The notes: generated by a model from the sequence alone, not told the origin. A DNA stretch of 64,000 bases from Saliniramus sp. (GCA_041686895.1 JAWLCY010000017.1:2490-66489); one strand, 5' to 3'; counted from the first letter of the stretch, positions 30,033-39,828 are shown. A program made the numbers and translations.

Positions 30033-30185
30033 GAATCCTTCCGCGCCCGCGGACGATCGATTCCTCGACCGCGTACCCGACGCTCGCTGGATGGAGAAGA
30101 AAGCCGCACCAGATGCCGTATCTGACGATTGGCAACCTACTAGATGCCTTGACTCCCGCGCAAGAGTCCCCGGGAATCGCGAATC
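30033..30185. promoter_or_regulatory. cluster of six GANTC (CcrM methylation / GcrA-associated) sites in the gcrA upstream region
   Basis: GAATC 30033, GATTC 30059, GACTC 30151, GAGTC 30164, GAATC 30174, GAATC 30181. Four of them fall within 35 bp. Confidence 0.6.
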
Positions 30186-30298
30186 GTTTTCCCCAGGAGA
30201 TGCGGAAAGAGGGTGCGCATGCCCCCCGCCGGCCGCCGCAGCGGGTGCGCGCGTTGCGTGCGGCGCACGCTCGTGGTTATTTTCTGCCGATATATATT

Positions 30299-30706
30299 AT
30301 GGATTGCGGGGGCGGATGGTGGCGGGACGCGGAAAAGAGATCGTCGGCGCTCCCGAAGGATCTGGCTCGCCGTCTGCCAGGTCTCACGTATGTGAACCTG
30401 ATGGGAGCGCGCGTTTCTGATTTTGGGTCCTTTGCGGGGTTGAGGAGCCTCGAACACCTCAATTGCGCGCTAACGGAAATTGCCGACCTCACGCCCCTCA
30501 ACGACCTGAACAGCTTGAGCGATCTCAGCATCGAGAATTGCAGAATTGTCAAGGTACCGTCCGGCTTCTGGCACGAACCCAGCCTCGAGTATTTGATCAT
30601 TATGGAAGCCTCCTTGCCGGACATCCCAGAAGAAATGCTGCGGTCGCAAGACTTCTACGATGAGAACTGCCTGCCCGCATTGCGTGCCTATCTCGCTGGC
30701 CGCTGA
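30299..30706 (+). CDS. short leucine-rich-repeat (LRR) protein, possibly a gene remnant
   Basis: [87 protein letters not shown]..., about four 22-residue L..L..L.L....I.DL.PL repeats. Visibly lower G+C than the flanks. No SD; TATATATT lies immediately upstream of the ATG. The ORF-track upstream part (29861-30298) is antisense to gcrA and is not credited. Confidence 0.55.
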   Translation: MDCGGGWWRDAEKRSSALPKDLARRLPGLTYVNLMGARVSDFGSFAGLRSLEHLNCALTEIADLTPLNDLNSLSDLSIENCRIVKVPSGFWHEPSLEYLIIMEASLPDIPEEMLRSQDFYDENCLPALRAYLAGR

Positions 30707-30717
30707 CATTCATTCGA

Positions 30718-30745
30718 TTGACACGCCCACGCCGACACTTAGAAT
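30718..30745 (+). promoter_or_regulatory. near-consensus sigma70-type promoter for argD-argF-hslO
   Basis: TTGACA (30718-30723), 16-nt spacer, TAGAAT (30740-30745), about 70 nt upstream of the argD GTG. Confidence 0.4.
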
Positions 30746-30816
30746 GCGCACCGTGCCGCCCCTCCCGGGCGGCGCTTTGTTTTCCGGGCCTCGCGCCCAG
30801 CACCGAGGACGAAACC

Positions 30817-32037
30817 GTGACCTCCGCTCTCCTGCCGACCTATGCCCGCGCCGATCTGGCCTTCGAGAAGGGTGAAGGAGCCTGGCTCTTCGAGCGAGGG
30901 GGCGAGCGATATCTCGATTTCGGCTCGGGCATCGCGGTCAATTCCGTCGGCCACGCGCATCCGCATCTCGTCGAGGCCCTGACCGCGCAGGCGGGGAAGC
31001 TCTGGCACGTCTCGAACCTGTTCCAGATCCCCGACGGGGAGCGGCTGGCGCAGAGGCTCGTCGACGCGACCTTCGCCGACCGCGTCTTCTTCTGCAATTC
31101 CGGGGCGGAGGCCAATGAGGGCGCGATCAAGATGGCGCGCCGCTATCATTATGTGAACGGCGCGCCGGAACGCTTCCGCATCCTGACCTTCGAGGGCGCC
31201 TTCCACGGCCGCACCATCGCGACGATCGCGGCGGGCGGGCAGAAGAAATATCTCGAGGGCTTCGGGCCCAAGGCCGAGGGCTTCGACCAGGTCGCCTTCG
31301 GCGATCACGAGGCCATGCGCGCCGCGGTGACGCCGGAGACGGCGGCGATCCTGATCGAGCCAATCCAGGGCGAGGGCGGCATCCGCGCCGTCCCTAACCA
31401 GTGCCTTCGCGGGCTGCGCGAGCTTTGCGACGAACAGGGCATCCTCCTGATCTTCGACGAGGTCCAGACCGGCGTCGGCCGCACGGGCAAGCTGTTCGCG
31501 CATGAATGGTCGGGCGTGACGCCGGACATCATGACCGTCGCCAAGGGCATCGGCGGCGGCTTCCCGCTTGGCGCGATCCTCGCGACGGAGGCGGCTGGCA
31601 AGGGGCTGGCCGCGGGAACGCACGGGACCACCTTCGGCGGCAATCCGCTCGCCATGGCGGTCGGCAACGCCGTCCTCGACATCGTGCTCGCCCCCGGCTT
31701 CCTGGAGAACGTCCAGAGCGTCGCGCGCTTCATGATGCAGCGCCTCGCCGAACTGCGCGACCGGCATCCCCGGGTGCTGGCGGAGATCCGGGGCTCCGGG
31801 CTCATGCTCGGCCTGCGCACCGTCGTTCCCAACGGCGATTTCGTGGCGGCCGCGCGGGCGCAGAAGCTCCTCACCATCGCCGCCGGCGACAATGTGGTGC
31901 GGCTCCTGCCGCCCCTCACCATCACCGAGGCCGAGGCCGCCGAGGCGATCACCCGTCTCGACGCGGCCTGTTCGGCGCTCGAGGCATCCATGCAGAACTC
32001 CGTGCAAGAGCAAGAGAAGCGGGGATCCGCTCAATGA
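30817..32037 (+). CDS. argD: acetylornithine aminotransferase (class III PLP aminotransferase)
   Basis: [21 protein letters not shown]...[58 protein letters not shown] start at 30817. The stop overlaps the argF ATG (ATGA). Confidence 0.92.
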   Translation: MTSALLPTYARADLAFEKGEGAWLFERGGERYLDFGSGIAVNSVGHAHPHLVEALTAQAGKLWHVSNLFQIPDGERLAQRLVDATFADRVFFCNSGAEANEGAIKMARRYHYVNGAPERFRILTFEGAFHGRTIATIAAGGQKKYLEGFGPKAEGFDQVAFGDHEAMRAAVTPETAAILIEPIQGEGGIRAVPNQCLRGLRELCDEQGILLIFDEVQTGVGRTGKLFAHEWSGVTPDIMTVAKGIGGGFPLGAILATEAAGKGLAAGTHGTTFGGNPLAMAVGNAVLDIVLAPGFLENVQSVARFMMQRLAELRDRHPRVLAEIRGSGLMLGLRTVVPNGDFVAAARAQKLLTIAAGDNVVRLLPPLTITEAEAAEAITRLDAACSALEASMQNSVQEQEKRGSAQ

Positions 32038-32969
32038 ATGCGTTTGCGTCACCCCGCCATTTCATCGACCTCTCCGATTTCACCGGCGACCAGATCCGGC
32101 GCGTCCTCGCGCTGGGCTCGGCGATCAAGAGCAAGCGCCGCAAGGGAGAGCCGCCGCGCGAGCGCCCGCTTGCCGGCAAGGTCCTCGCCATGGTGTTCGA
32201 CAAGCCGTCGACCCGCACCCGCGTCTCCTTCGATGTCGGGATGCGCGAGCTCGGGGGCGAGACGATCATGCTCACGGGCAGCGAGATGCAGCTCGGGCGC
32301 GGCGAATCGATCGCCGACACGGCGCGCGTCCTGTCGCGCTACGTGGATGCGATCATGATCCGCATCCTCGAACATGACATGATGACGGAACTGGCCGCCC
32401 ATGCGGACGTTCCCGTGATCAACGGGCTCACCAAGCTCACCCATCCCTGCCAGATCATGGCGGACGTCATGACGTTCGAAGAGCATCGCGGATCCATCGA
32501 GGGCAGCACCGTCGCCTGGACGGGCGACGCCAACAATGTGCTCGCCTCCTGGATCCACGCCGCCGCGCGCCTCGACTTCTCGCTCAACATCGCCACCCCC
32601 GCCGAACTCGCTCCCGATGCGGAGATCCTCGCCTGGGCGAAGGAGAACGGCGCGCGGATCAACCTGACGAGCGATCCCTTCGCCGCGGCCGAGAAGGCCG
32701 ACGCCGTCGTCACCGATTGCTGGGTCTCGATGGGCGACGAGGACGAGGGCCGCCGGCACAACCTGCTCCAGCCCTACCAGGTCAACGGCAAGCTCATGGG
32801 CGTGGCGAAGAAGGACGCCATCTTCATGCACTGCCTGCCCGCCCATCGCGGCGAGGAGGTGACCGACGAGGTGATGGACGGCCCGAATTCCGTCGTCTTT
32901 GACGAGGCGGAGAACCGGCTTCACGCCCAGAAGGGCATCCTCGCCTGGTGCCTTGGCGCGGAGGCCTGA
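32034..32969 (+). CDS. argF: ornithine carbamoyltransferase
   Basis: [23 protein letters not shown], and a [11 protein letters not shown]-type motif. About 311 aa. Confidence 0.95.
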   Translation: MNAFASPRHFIDLSDFTGDQIRRVLALGSAIKSKRRKGEPPRERPLAGKVLAMVFDKPSTRTRVSFDVGMRELGGETIMLTGSEMQLGRGESIADTARVLSRYVDAIMIRILEHDMMTELAAHADVPVINGLTKLTHPCQIMADVMTFEEHRGSIEGSTVAWTGDANNVLASWIHAAARLDFSLNIATPAELAPDAEILAWAKENGARINLTSDPFAAAEKADAVVTDCWVSMGDEDEGRRHNLLQPYQVNGKLMGVAKKDAIFMHCLPAHRGEEVTDEVMDGPNSVVFDEAENRLHAQKGILAWCLGAEA

Positions 32970-33949
32970 TGAGCAGCGCGTTCGACGGACATGACGATGC
33001 CGTTCTCCCCTTCGCGGTCGAGCCCCTCGACCTGCGGGGCCGCGTGGTGCGGCTGGGGCTGGCCCTCGACACGCTGATCGCCCGCCACGGCTATCCGGAC
33101 GCCGTCGCCCGCGTCGTCGGGGAGGCGGCGGCGCTCACGGTCCTGCTCGGCTCCGCCCTGAAATTCGAGGGCCGCTTCCAGCTCCAGACGAAGACCGACG
33201 GCCCGATCGAGATGATCGTCGTCGATTTCGACACGCCCGACCGCCTGCGCGCCTATGCCCGCTTCGACGCGGAGCGCGTGGCGCAGGCGGTCGCGGCGGG
33301 GGAAGGCCGCGCGGGAACGATGATCGGGCACGGCTACCTCGCCATGACCATCGACCAGGGGCCCGACATGAGCCGCTACCAGGGCGTCGTGCCGATGGAG
33401 GGCCAGGGGCTCGAGGAAGCGGCCGACCAGTATTTCCGCCAGTCGGAGCAGATCCCCACCCGGATCCGCCTTGCCGTCGCCGAGCAGCTCGACGGGGGAC
33501 GCGCCTCCTATCGCGCCGGCGGGCTGATGGTGCAGTTCCTGCCCTCCTCCGTGGAGCGCCAGCGCCAGGCGGATCTCCATCCCGGCGATGTTCCGGAAGG
33601 CGTCACCATCAGCGAAGGTGAAGCGGGCGAGGACGACGCCTGGCGCGAGGCAAAGGCGCTGATGGACACGATCGAGGATCACGAGCTGGTCGATCCCGCC
33701 GTCTCGAGCGAGCGGCTGCTCTACAGGCTCTTCCACGAGCGCGGCGTGCGCGCCTTCGAGCGTCAGGACGTACGCGAGGCCTGCCGCTGCTCGCGCGATC
33801 GCATCATGCTGATGATGCGCCAGTTCTCGAGGAAGGACCGCGCCGACATGGTCGGCGATGACGGCCGCATCGGCGTCACCTGCGAATTCTGCTCGCGCCA
33901 TTACGATCTCGACCCGGCGGAAGTCGAGGCGCAGATCGAGAGCGAGTGA
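32969..33949 (+). CDS. hslO: Hsp33 family redox-regulated chaperone
   Basis: C-terminal zinc centre CRCSRDR...VTCEFCSRHY. Family N-terminal domain. The ATG overlaps the argF TGA (TGATG). Confidence 0.93.
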   Translation: MSSAFDGHDDAVLPFAVEPLDLRGRVVRLGLALDTLIARHGYPDAVARVVGEAAALTVLLGSALKFEGRFQLQTKTDGPIEMIVVDFDTPDRLRAYARFDAERVAQAVAAGEGRAGTMIGHGYLAMTIDQGPDMSRYQGVVPMEGQGLEEAADQYFRQSEQIPTRIRLAVAEQLDGGRASYRAGGLMVQFLPSSVERQRQADLHPGDVPEGVTISEGEAGEDDAWREAKALMDTIEDHELVDPAVSSERLLYRLFHERGVRAFERQDVREACRCSRDRIMLMMRQFSRKDRADMVGDDGRIGVTCEFCSRHYDLDPAEVEAQIESE

Positions 33950-33989
33950 GGTTGGGGCCCAAAGCGTCGGCGTACGCTACCGCTATGCA

Positions 33990-34105
33990 TTGCCTACCCC
34001 GCTTCATCCCCCTCACGGCATGATCCCCTTCCCGGCGCTGCGCGCCGCCGGGGATGACACGGTAGGGGTGACTCGGGGTGGTTCGCCAAAATGCTCCCCT
34101 CACCC
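33990..34105. repeat. REP/RIME-like intergenic mosaic repeat, copy A
   Basis: Modules cccgcttcatccccctcac (33998-34016) and ggcatgatccccttcccggcgctgcgcgccgccggggatgac (34017-34058) recur, rearranged, at 60421-60585. Lies between the convergent hslO and usp genes. Confidence 0.5.
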
Positions 34106-34600
34106 CGCCAGCGCGTCAATCTCCTCGTCCGTCAACCCGCCGGGGACGATGACGACCGGGACGGGGAAGGTGCTCGCGGCCTTGCCGGCGAGGCTCGTCA
34201 CGAGGGGGCCGGGGCCGTCGGAGGCGGTGCCGGCGGCGAGGACGAGGAAGGAGACGTCCTCGTCCTCCTCGATGACCTTCAGGATCTCGTCGTTCTTGAC
34301 GCCTACGCGCACCACGAGCTCGGCCTGCACGCCGGCGGCCTCCCGCGCCTTTTCCGCGGCCGATTCGAGCAGTTCCTGGGCCTCCTCCTCAGCCTCGGCG
34401 CGCATCACGTCGCCGACGCCGAGCCATTCGAAGCCGTCGGGGGGCTGCGAGACTGCGAGAATCACGAGCTTCGCCCCGAGCCGCGCGACGCGCCGGGCGG
34501 CGAAGCGCACGGCCCGATCGCATTCCTGTGTCTCGTCGACGATGACGAGAAATTTGGGGCGATGCCCCGGTTCGTACGATCGCCGCCTCGAATAGGGCAT
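34100..34600 (-). CDS. universal stress protein (UspA family)
   Basis: KFLVIVDETQECDRAVRFAARRV....LVILAV...VSFLVLAAG...PVPVVIVPG. The ATG at 34600 has a GGAG SD. Confidence 0.85.
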   Translation of the reverse strand: MPYSRRRSYEPGHRPKFLVIVDETQECDRAVRFAARRVARLGAKLVILAVSQPPDGFEWLGVGDVMRAEAEEEAQELLESAAEKAREAAGVQAELVVRVGVKNDEILKVIEEDEDVSFLVLAAGTASDGPGPLVTSLAGKAASTFPVPVVIVPGGLTDEEIDALAG

Positions 34601-34678
34601 CCGATGACTCCGCTCCGCCGCAGGGAGGCCGATGCTGCCCGCAAGCGCCGTCGACGGCAAGCGGAATGATGGGTGGCC

Positions 34679-35719
34679 TCAGCCGCGCCGAACGAAGCCG
34701 ACGATGTCCTTGACCGCGTTCATCGTCTGCGAGGCGATCGCCTCGGCGCGCGCGGACCCGTCGGCGAGGACGCTGTCGATGTAGCCGGGCTCGGCCTGAA
34801 GCCGCTTCATCTCCTCGGCCATCGGGGCGAGCCGCTGCACGGCGAGGTCGACCAGCGCGCTCTTGAAGGTCGAGAACTGCGCCCCGCCGAATTCGCGCAG
34901 GACATCCTCCTTCGCGACGTTCCGCAGCGCGGCGAAGATCCCCACGAGATTCTCGGCCTCGGGACGGCTGGCGAGCCCCGCGGGCTCCGTCGGCAGGGGC
35001 TCGGGATCCGTCTTGGCTTTGCGCACCTTCTGGGCGATCGCGTCGGCGTCGTCCGTGAGGTTGATGCGCGAATAGTCGGAAGGGTCCGACTTCGACATCT
35101 TCTTCGAGCCGTCGCGCAGGCTCATGACGCGGGTCGCCGGACCCTGGATCAGCGGCTCGGGCAGGGGAAAGAAGGCGTCGCCATGGCCGAGCTCCGCGAT
35201 CATCTCGGCCCAGTCATTGTTGAATTTCTGGGCGATGTCGCGGGACAGTTCGAGATGCTGCTTCTGGTCGTCGCCCACGGGAACGTGCGTCGCGCGGTAG
35301 ACGAGGATGTCGGAGGCCATCAGGGTCGGATAGGCGAAGAGCCCGACGGACGCGTTCTCGCGATCCTTGCCCGCCTTCTCCTTGAACTGCGTCATGCGGT
35401 TCAGCCAGCCCATGCGGGCGACGCAATTGAAGACCCAGGCGAGCTCCGCGTGCTGGGGCACCTGCGACTGGTTGAAGACGATGTTCTTCTTCGGATCGAT
35501 CCCGGCGGCGATGAAGGCCGCGGTGACCTCCCGCGTCTGGTTCTTCAGCTCGCGCGGGTCCTGCGGCACCGTGATCGCGTGCATGTCCACGACGCAGTAG
35601 ATGCAGTCATGCGTCTCCTGCATCGTGACGAAGCGGCTGATCGCGCCGAGATAATTGCCCAGATGGAGATTCCCGGTCGGCTGTACGCCCGAAAACACCA
35701 ATTCCCTGAAACCGGCCAT
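34679..35719 (-). CDS. trpS: tryptophan--tRNA ligase
   Basis: [19 protein letters not shown] (HIGH-type motif) and KMSKSD (KMSKS motif). The ATG at 35719 has an AGGAAGGAA SD. The ORF-track start is an extension. Confidence 0.95.
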   Translation of the reverse strand: MAGFRELVFSGVQPTGNLHLGNYLGAISRFVTMQETHDCIYCVVDMHAITVPQDPRELKNQTREVTAAFIAAGIDPKKNIVFNQSQVPQHAELAWVFNCVARMGWLNRMTQFKEKAGKDRENASVGLFAYPTLMASDILVYRATHVPVGDDQKQHLELSRDIAQKFNNDWAEMIAELGHGDAFFPLPEPLIQGPATRVMSLRDGSKKMSKSDPSDYSRINLTDDADAIAQKVRKAKTDPEPLPTEPAGLASRPEAENLVGIFAALRNVAKEDVLREFGGAQFSTFKSALVDLAVQRLAPMAEEMKRLQAEPGYIDSVLADGSARAEAIASQTMNAVKDIVGFVRRG

Positions 35720-35795
35720 CGCGAGTTCCTTCCTGCTCTCGCGGGGCTCTATGGCAAGCGGGGACGAGATGCAAGAGGGGGATGCCGCGCAAGCC

Positions 35796-37328
35796 TCATT
35801 CGCCCCGGCGCAGCCGCCCCAGCTCCTCCGCCCCGAGCGCGCCGAAGAGGAGGGCGAGGAGGCCGTAGGACAGGACCCCGCCGATGCAGGCCGCCGCAAG
35901 CGCGATGACGTTCCAGGTTTCGACGAGTTCGTCGAAAGCAACGAGGAGGGCTCCCATGCCGAGGCTCGCCGCCAGGATGCGGGGCAGGCGCCGGCGAAGC
36001 TGCGGATCGGGGCGCCACAAGCCGCCGCCTGCCAGCATGATCGCGATTGAAAGCGCGTGCGCCATCATGCCGATCGCCGCCCCGAGCCCGATCCCGAGAC
36101 TGCCGAAATGGCGCGAAAGCGCGAGGCAGGCCACGGCGGCGACGGCGATTCCGGTCAGGCCGGCAAGACTCGCGGCCCGGACGCGCTCTTCCGCGAAGAG
36201 CCCCTGGCCGAGCACCTTCGCGGCGACGGCGAAGGGCAGCCCGCCCGCGAGCCCGGCAAGCATCGCGGCGGTCTCGATCCGGTCGCGCGCGCCGAAGGCT
36301 CCACGCTCGAACAGGACGGCGACGATCGGCTCCGCCAAGAGCGCGAGGGCGAAGGCCGCAGGCAAGGCGAGCAGGAGCGCGCCCTCAAGCGCGCGGTTCG
36401 TCGCCTCGGCGTAGCCCTCCCGGTCTCCCTTGCGGCGGTGCGCGGCGATCTCGGGCAACAGGACGATGCCGACGGCGACGCCGATCAGGCCGAGGGGAAG
36501 CTGGAAGAGGCGGTCGGCATAATGCAGATGCGACACGGCGGAGGGCTCATAGGAAGCGACCTGGAATGCCGCCAGCAGGATGAGCTGCGCCGTTCCGGCC
36601 GCCAGGAGGCCCGGCAGGCCGAGCGCCACGAGCCGGCGCATGTCCGCGTCGAGGCGGGGCGGCTTCAACGGGAGCGACGCCGGAGAGCCCCGCAGCGCGA
36701 GTACGATCACGGCGAGCTGGACGAAGGCGCCGCCCGTCAGGGCAAGCGCGAGGGCCTGCGCCATGGCGACAGGGTTCTCGCGGAGGGAGGGGACAGGCGC
36801 GAGGAGGACCGCGATCATCACGCCGTTGACGGCGAGCGGGGCGAGCGCCGCCGCCCGGAAGCGACGGTTGGCGTTGAGGATCGCTCCGGCGAGAGAGGCG
36901 AGCGTCAGGGCTGCGATCGAGGGAAAGGCGAGCCGCGTGAGGGTCGTTGCGAGACGGTGGGCCTCGGGGTCGGAGGCATAGCCGGAGGCCATTGCCAGCA
37001 CGAGGGCGCCGGCTGCCAGTTGGCCTGCGATCGCCAGGACGATCATTGCGAGCCCGGTTGCGGACAGCGCGCGGCCTGCGAATGCACGCGCCTGCCCCTC
37101 GCCCCGCTCGGCGGCGATGCGGGCATGGAGCGGTACGAAGCCCGCATTGACGCCGCCTTCGCCAAGCACCCGGCGCACCAGATGGGGCAGCCGCAGCGCG
37201 ACGAGGAAGGCGTCCGCGACAGGTCCCGCTCCGAGGAAAGCGGCGATCAGGATGTCACGCACGAATCCGAGCAGGCGCGAGGCGACGGTCGCTGCGCCGA
37301 CGACGAGGCTCGAGCGTAAGATTGTCAT
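35796..37328 (-). CDS. murJ: lipid II flippase MurJ (MviN)
   Basis: [48 protein letters not shown]. About 14 TM helices. Confidence 0.93.
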   Translation of the reverse strand: MTILRSSLVVGAATVASRLLGFVRDILIAAFLGAGPVADAFLVALRLPHLVRRVLGEGGVNAGFVPLHARIAAERGEGQARAFAGRALSATGLAMIVLAIAGQLAAGALVLAMASGYASDPEAHRLATTLTRLAFPSIAALTLASLAGAILNANRRFRAAALAPLAVNGVMIAVLLAPVPSLRENPVAMAQALALALTGGAFVQLAVIVLALRGSPASLPLKPPRLDADMRRLVALGLPGLLAAGTAQLILLAAFQVASYEPSAVSHLHYADRLFQLPLGLIGVAVGIVLLPEIAAHRRKGDREGYAEATNRALEGALLLALPAAFALALLAEPIVAVLFERGAFGARDRIETAAMLAGLAGGLPFAVAAKVLGQGLFAEERVRAASLAGLTGIAVAAVACLALSRHFGSLGIGLGAAIGMMAHALSIAIMLAGGGLWRPDPQLRRRLPRILAASLGMGALLVAFDELVETWNVIALAAACIGGVLSYGLLALLFGALGAEELGRLRRGE

Positions 37329-37370
37329 GACGCTCCCGATGACGTTTCCGATCCGGTCCTGCCCGCCGCG

Positions 37371-39098
37371 TCAGACCGCCAACGGATTCTCGACCGCTCC
37401 GTCATGCGCAATCGCGCCGCTCTCGCCATCCTGCAGGATTTCCGGCCTGCCGCAATGATCCCCCTGAAGGAAGTCGATCCCCCATTCGGCGAGCATCAAC
37501 GCCGTCTCCTCGTCCTCGACCCATTCCGCCACGGTGGCGATGCCGAGATGCCGGGCGAGATCGATGAGGGTGCGGACGAAGAAGCGGTCGTCCGGGGAGC
37601 GCGAGAGATTTTGCACGAAGGCGCCGTCGATCTTGATCATGTCGATGGGGAATTCGCGCAGATGGCGGAACGAGGTGTGCCCAGCGCCGAAATCGTCGAT
37701 GGCGATGCCGACGCCGAGCGCCTTCATGGCCTCGAGCCGCGACCGGGCGCGGCCGGGATCGTCCACGGCGATGGTTTCGGTCACCTCGATGATGAGGCGT
37801 TCGGACACGCCCTGATGCGCGCCGAGATGACCCGCAAGGGTCGGCAGCCAGTCGGAGCGCGCAAGCGTCATCGGCGAGAGATTGACCGACAGCCGGTCCT
37901 GCGGGTGCGCGGCGAGCCAGCGGGTCGCCAGTTCAAGCATCCGCGCGTCCAGCAAGGAGACGAGCCCCGCGCGCTCGACCACCGGAACGAGGACGCCGCC
38001 GGGGATCAGCGGGCGACCGGGCCGGGCGATCCGCGCCAGCGCCTCTCCGAAGCCGTAGCGCCGCGACGCCGCCTCGATCACGGGCTGGCGCGCGAACACG
38101 ACGTGACGCTGGTTGAGGGCGTCGATGATGTCCGGCGACGTAACCCCCGCGCCGCCGCGCGGGCCAAGCTTGCGGGCGGAGGCGGGATCGAAGATCACGC
38201 ATCCCGATCCGGGCGATCGCCGCGCCTGAGCTAACGCGTCCTCCGCACGTCGCATGAGGGCGGGCGCATCCTCGGCATGGTCCGGCGCGCAGGCGGCGCC
38301 GATCCGCAACGCGATTGGAAGCGGTCCCTGCGGGGTCTGGACCGGTTTTTCGGTCACCGCCTCCGCGAGGCGCCCGGCCGCATAGGCCGCCTGCTCGCGG
38401 GGGCAGGACATCATGGCGATCGCGAAGCGGTTGCCGGCGTAGCGGGAAAAGCAGTCGCGGCGGCGCATGACCTTGCGCAGGCGCTGCAGCACCTCCTCGA
38501 TGACCGCCTCGCCGCCCTCGTATCCCAGTTCGTCATTGATCCGGTCGAGATTCTCGATGGCGGCGATCACCATTGTCACGCGCCGCTGCGAGTGGCGCGT
38601 CTCGCGGATATCGGATGCGATCTGCGCGATGAAGGCCGCGCGGTTTCGCGCGGCGGGCGCAACGGCTTCGCCGGCATCGACCCGGATGACGCCGTGGGCC
38701 AGGGCTGGCCGCGACTTCGGTCCGGCATACCAGCGGCCGGTATCCTCGATCCCCAGCGTCCGCCCGTCCGGCAGACAGATGTCGTAGCGCGTGCGATAGG
38801 GGACGCCACATCCTGGGTCGCGCCCCTGCGCCGCGAGGATGACGTCGTGGCGCGAGGAGCCGCTCTCGGGCGCGACGAGCAGGCCGAAGGCCTTCCCGGT
38901 CGAGATCGGAGCGGCATCCTGCAGCCCGAGAACCTCGGCGGCGTTCGCGCCCCAGTTCAGGACGTCGCTCGAAATGTCCCAGTCGTAGACCACTTCCCCG
39001 ATGGAGGTCAGGATGGCGCGCGGATCGAGCCTGTGCGGCGTGCCCGGGCGGAGGCCGTCCATGTCTTCCCGGCCCCCCAAGATCCCATCTTCCGCCAT
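37371..39098 (-). CDS. PAS / degenerate-GGDEF / EAL domain protein (putative c-di-GMP phosphodiesterase)
   Basis: The GGDEF position reads AGNRF (38424-38438), with RRRD (RxxD) 5 residues upstream. The EAL domain is intact (FGEALARI, DDFGAGHTSF, IKIDGAFV). Start uncertain: ATG 39098 (GGAGGG upstream), ATG 39122 or TTG 39179. Confidence 0.85.
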   Translation of the reverse strand: MAEDGILGGREDMDGLRPGTPHRLDPRAILTSIGEVVYDWDISSDVLNWGANAAEVLGLQDAAPISTGKAFGLLVAPESGSSRHDVILAAQGRDPGCGVPYRTRYDICLPDGRTLGIEDTGRWYAGPKSRPALAHGVIRVDAGEAVAPAARNRAAFIAQIASDIRETRHSQRRVTMVIAAIENLDRINDELGYEGGEAVIEEVLQRLRKVMRRRDCFSRYAGNRFAIAMMSCPREQAAYAAGRLAEAVTEKPVQTPQGPLPIALRIGAACAPDHAEDAPALMRRAEDALAQARRSPGSGCVIFDPASARKLGPRGGAGVTSPDIIDALNQRHVVFARQPVIEAASRRYGFGEALARIARPGRPLIPGGVLVPVVERAGLVSLLDARMLELATRWLAAHPQDRLSVNLSPMTLARSDWLPTLAGHLGAHQGVSERLIIEVTETIAVDDPGRARSRLEAMKALGVGIAIDDFGAGHTSFRHLREFPIDMIKIDGAFVQNLSRSPDDRFFVRTLIDLARHLGIATVAEWVEDEETALMLAEWGIDFLQGDHCGRPEILQDGESGAIAHDGAVENPLAV

Positions 39099-39284
39099 CT
39101 GGAAACCGCCCTCCGGCCGCATCGCGGCGCATGTCGCGAACAGCGGAAAGCGCAGACCGCTTCGATTCGCATGCAACAAACCGTTTAATTGTCCGAAAAT
39201 GATGCGGAGTTGAGGGTTAATGAGACGTTAACTTTGGCCGCAAACTTGCTACGAATTTCCCGGTTCGCGGGGAGTTCATGCGTC

Positions 39285-39545
39285 ATGGCTAACGATCGAT
39301 TGTCGGAAACGGGGAACATTCCCCCCAGCCGCGCCCTCGTGCCGGTGGACGACAGGCCGCAGGCGCCCCGGCTGTCCGACGCGCGGCCCCTTGCCGGATT
39401 CGTCACCCAGCTCATCGCCTGCCAAAGGCGGCTGCCGGGGTTCCGCGCGCGGCGGATGGCGGATCCGGCGGAGGCCTCGCTGCGCTATGACAGGATCGAG
39501 CGCCGCCCGGACCCGGCCCGGCGCGTCTTCGAGCGGATTTTCTGA
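39285..39545 (+). CDS. hypothetical 86-aa protein
   Basis: MANDRLSETGNIPPSRALVPVDDRPQAPRLSDARPLAGFVTQLIACQRRLPGFRARRMADPAEASLRYDRIERR... GGAG lies 10 nt upstream. Followed by a strong terminator. The FxxQLIA...RARR...P.EA..Y pattern recalls small uncharacterised alphaproteobacterial proteins (from memory only). Confidence 0.45.
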   Translation: MANDRLSETGNIPPSRALVPVDDRPQAPRLSDARPLAGFVTQLIACQRRLPGFRARRMADPAEASLRYDRIERRPDPARRVFERIF

Positions 39546-39581
39546 GCGTCTCCGGCCAACGCGGACTAGACATCCCGCACG

Positions 39582-39608
39582 AAAAACGGCGCCCGAAGGC
39601 GCCGTTTT
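39582..39608. terminator. bidirectional intrinsic terminator between the hypothetical gene and rpmF
   Basis: AAAAACGGCGCC-cgaa-GGCGCCGTTTT: perfect 9-bp stem, 4-nt loop, A tract on one side and T tract on the other. Confidence 0.8.
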
Positions 39609-39642
39609 GCATTTCACCGGATGAAACGGCGCTGGGCGCCGA

Positions 39643-39828
39643 TCAATCTTCCGACTTGACCGTCAGGACCTGGCGACCGCGATACATCCCGGTCTTCAGA
39701 TCGACGTGGTGAGGACGGCGCAGCTCACCGGAATCCTTGTCTTCTACGTAGGTCGGGGCTTTCAGCGCATCGGCGGAACGGCGCATGCCGCGCTTCGACG
39801 GCGACGTCTTTCTCTTGGGAACGGCCAT
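39643..39828 (-). CDS. rpmF: 50S ribosomal protein L32
   Basis: [23 protein letters not shown]... is the canonical bL32 N-terminus. Confidence 0.97.
   Translation of the reverse strand: MAVPKRKTSPSKRGMRRSADALKAPTYVEDKDSGELRRPHHVDLKTGMYRGRQVLTVKSED

Noticed and set aside
29861-30298. Upstream 146 codons of the 281-aa ORF that contains the LRR segment.
   Set aside because: This part is antisense to gcrA and its promoter region, is Arg/Pro/Ala-rich, and has native high G+C, unlike the LRR part. Only the portion from the ATG at 30299 is credited.
30270-30710. Treating the low-G+C LRR segment as a mobile element or genomic island.
   Set aside because: There is no integrase or transposase, no flanking direct or inverted repeats that I could see, and no adjacent tRNA. 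It is reported as an atypical insertion, not as a mobile element.
31506-32033. N-terminal 176 codons of the 487-aa ORF ending as argF. Analogous upstream extensions occur in the track ORFs for ffh, pckA, trpS, argE, rsmB, htpX, gltD, lptA, mtgA and usp.
   Set aside because: The extensions overlap the preceding genes and are low-complexity. Family N-termini and Shine-Dalgarno sites indicate the internal starts given in the feature table.
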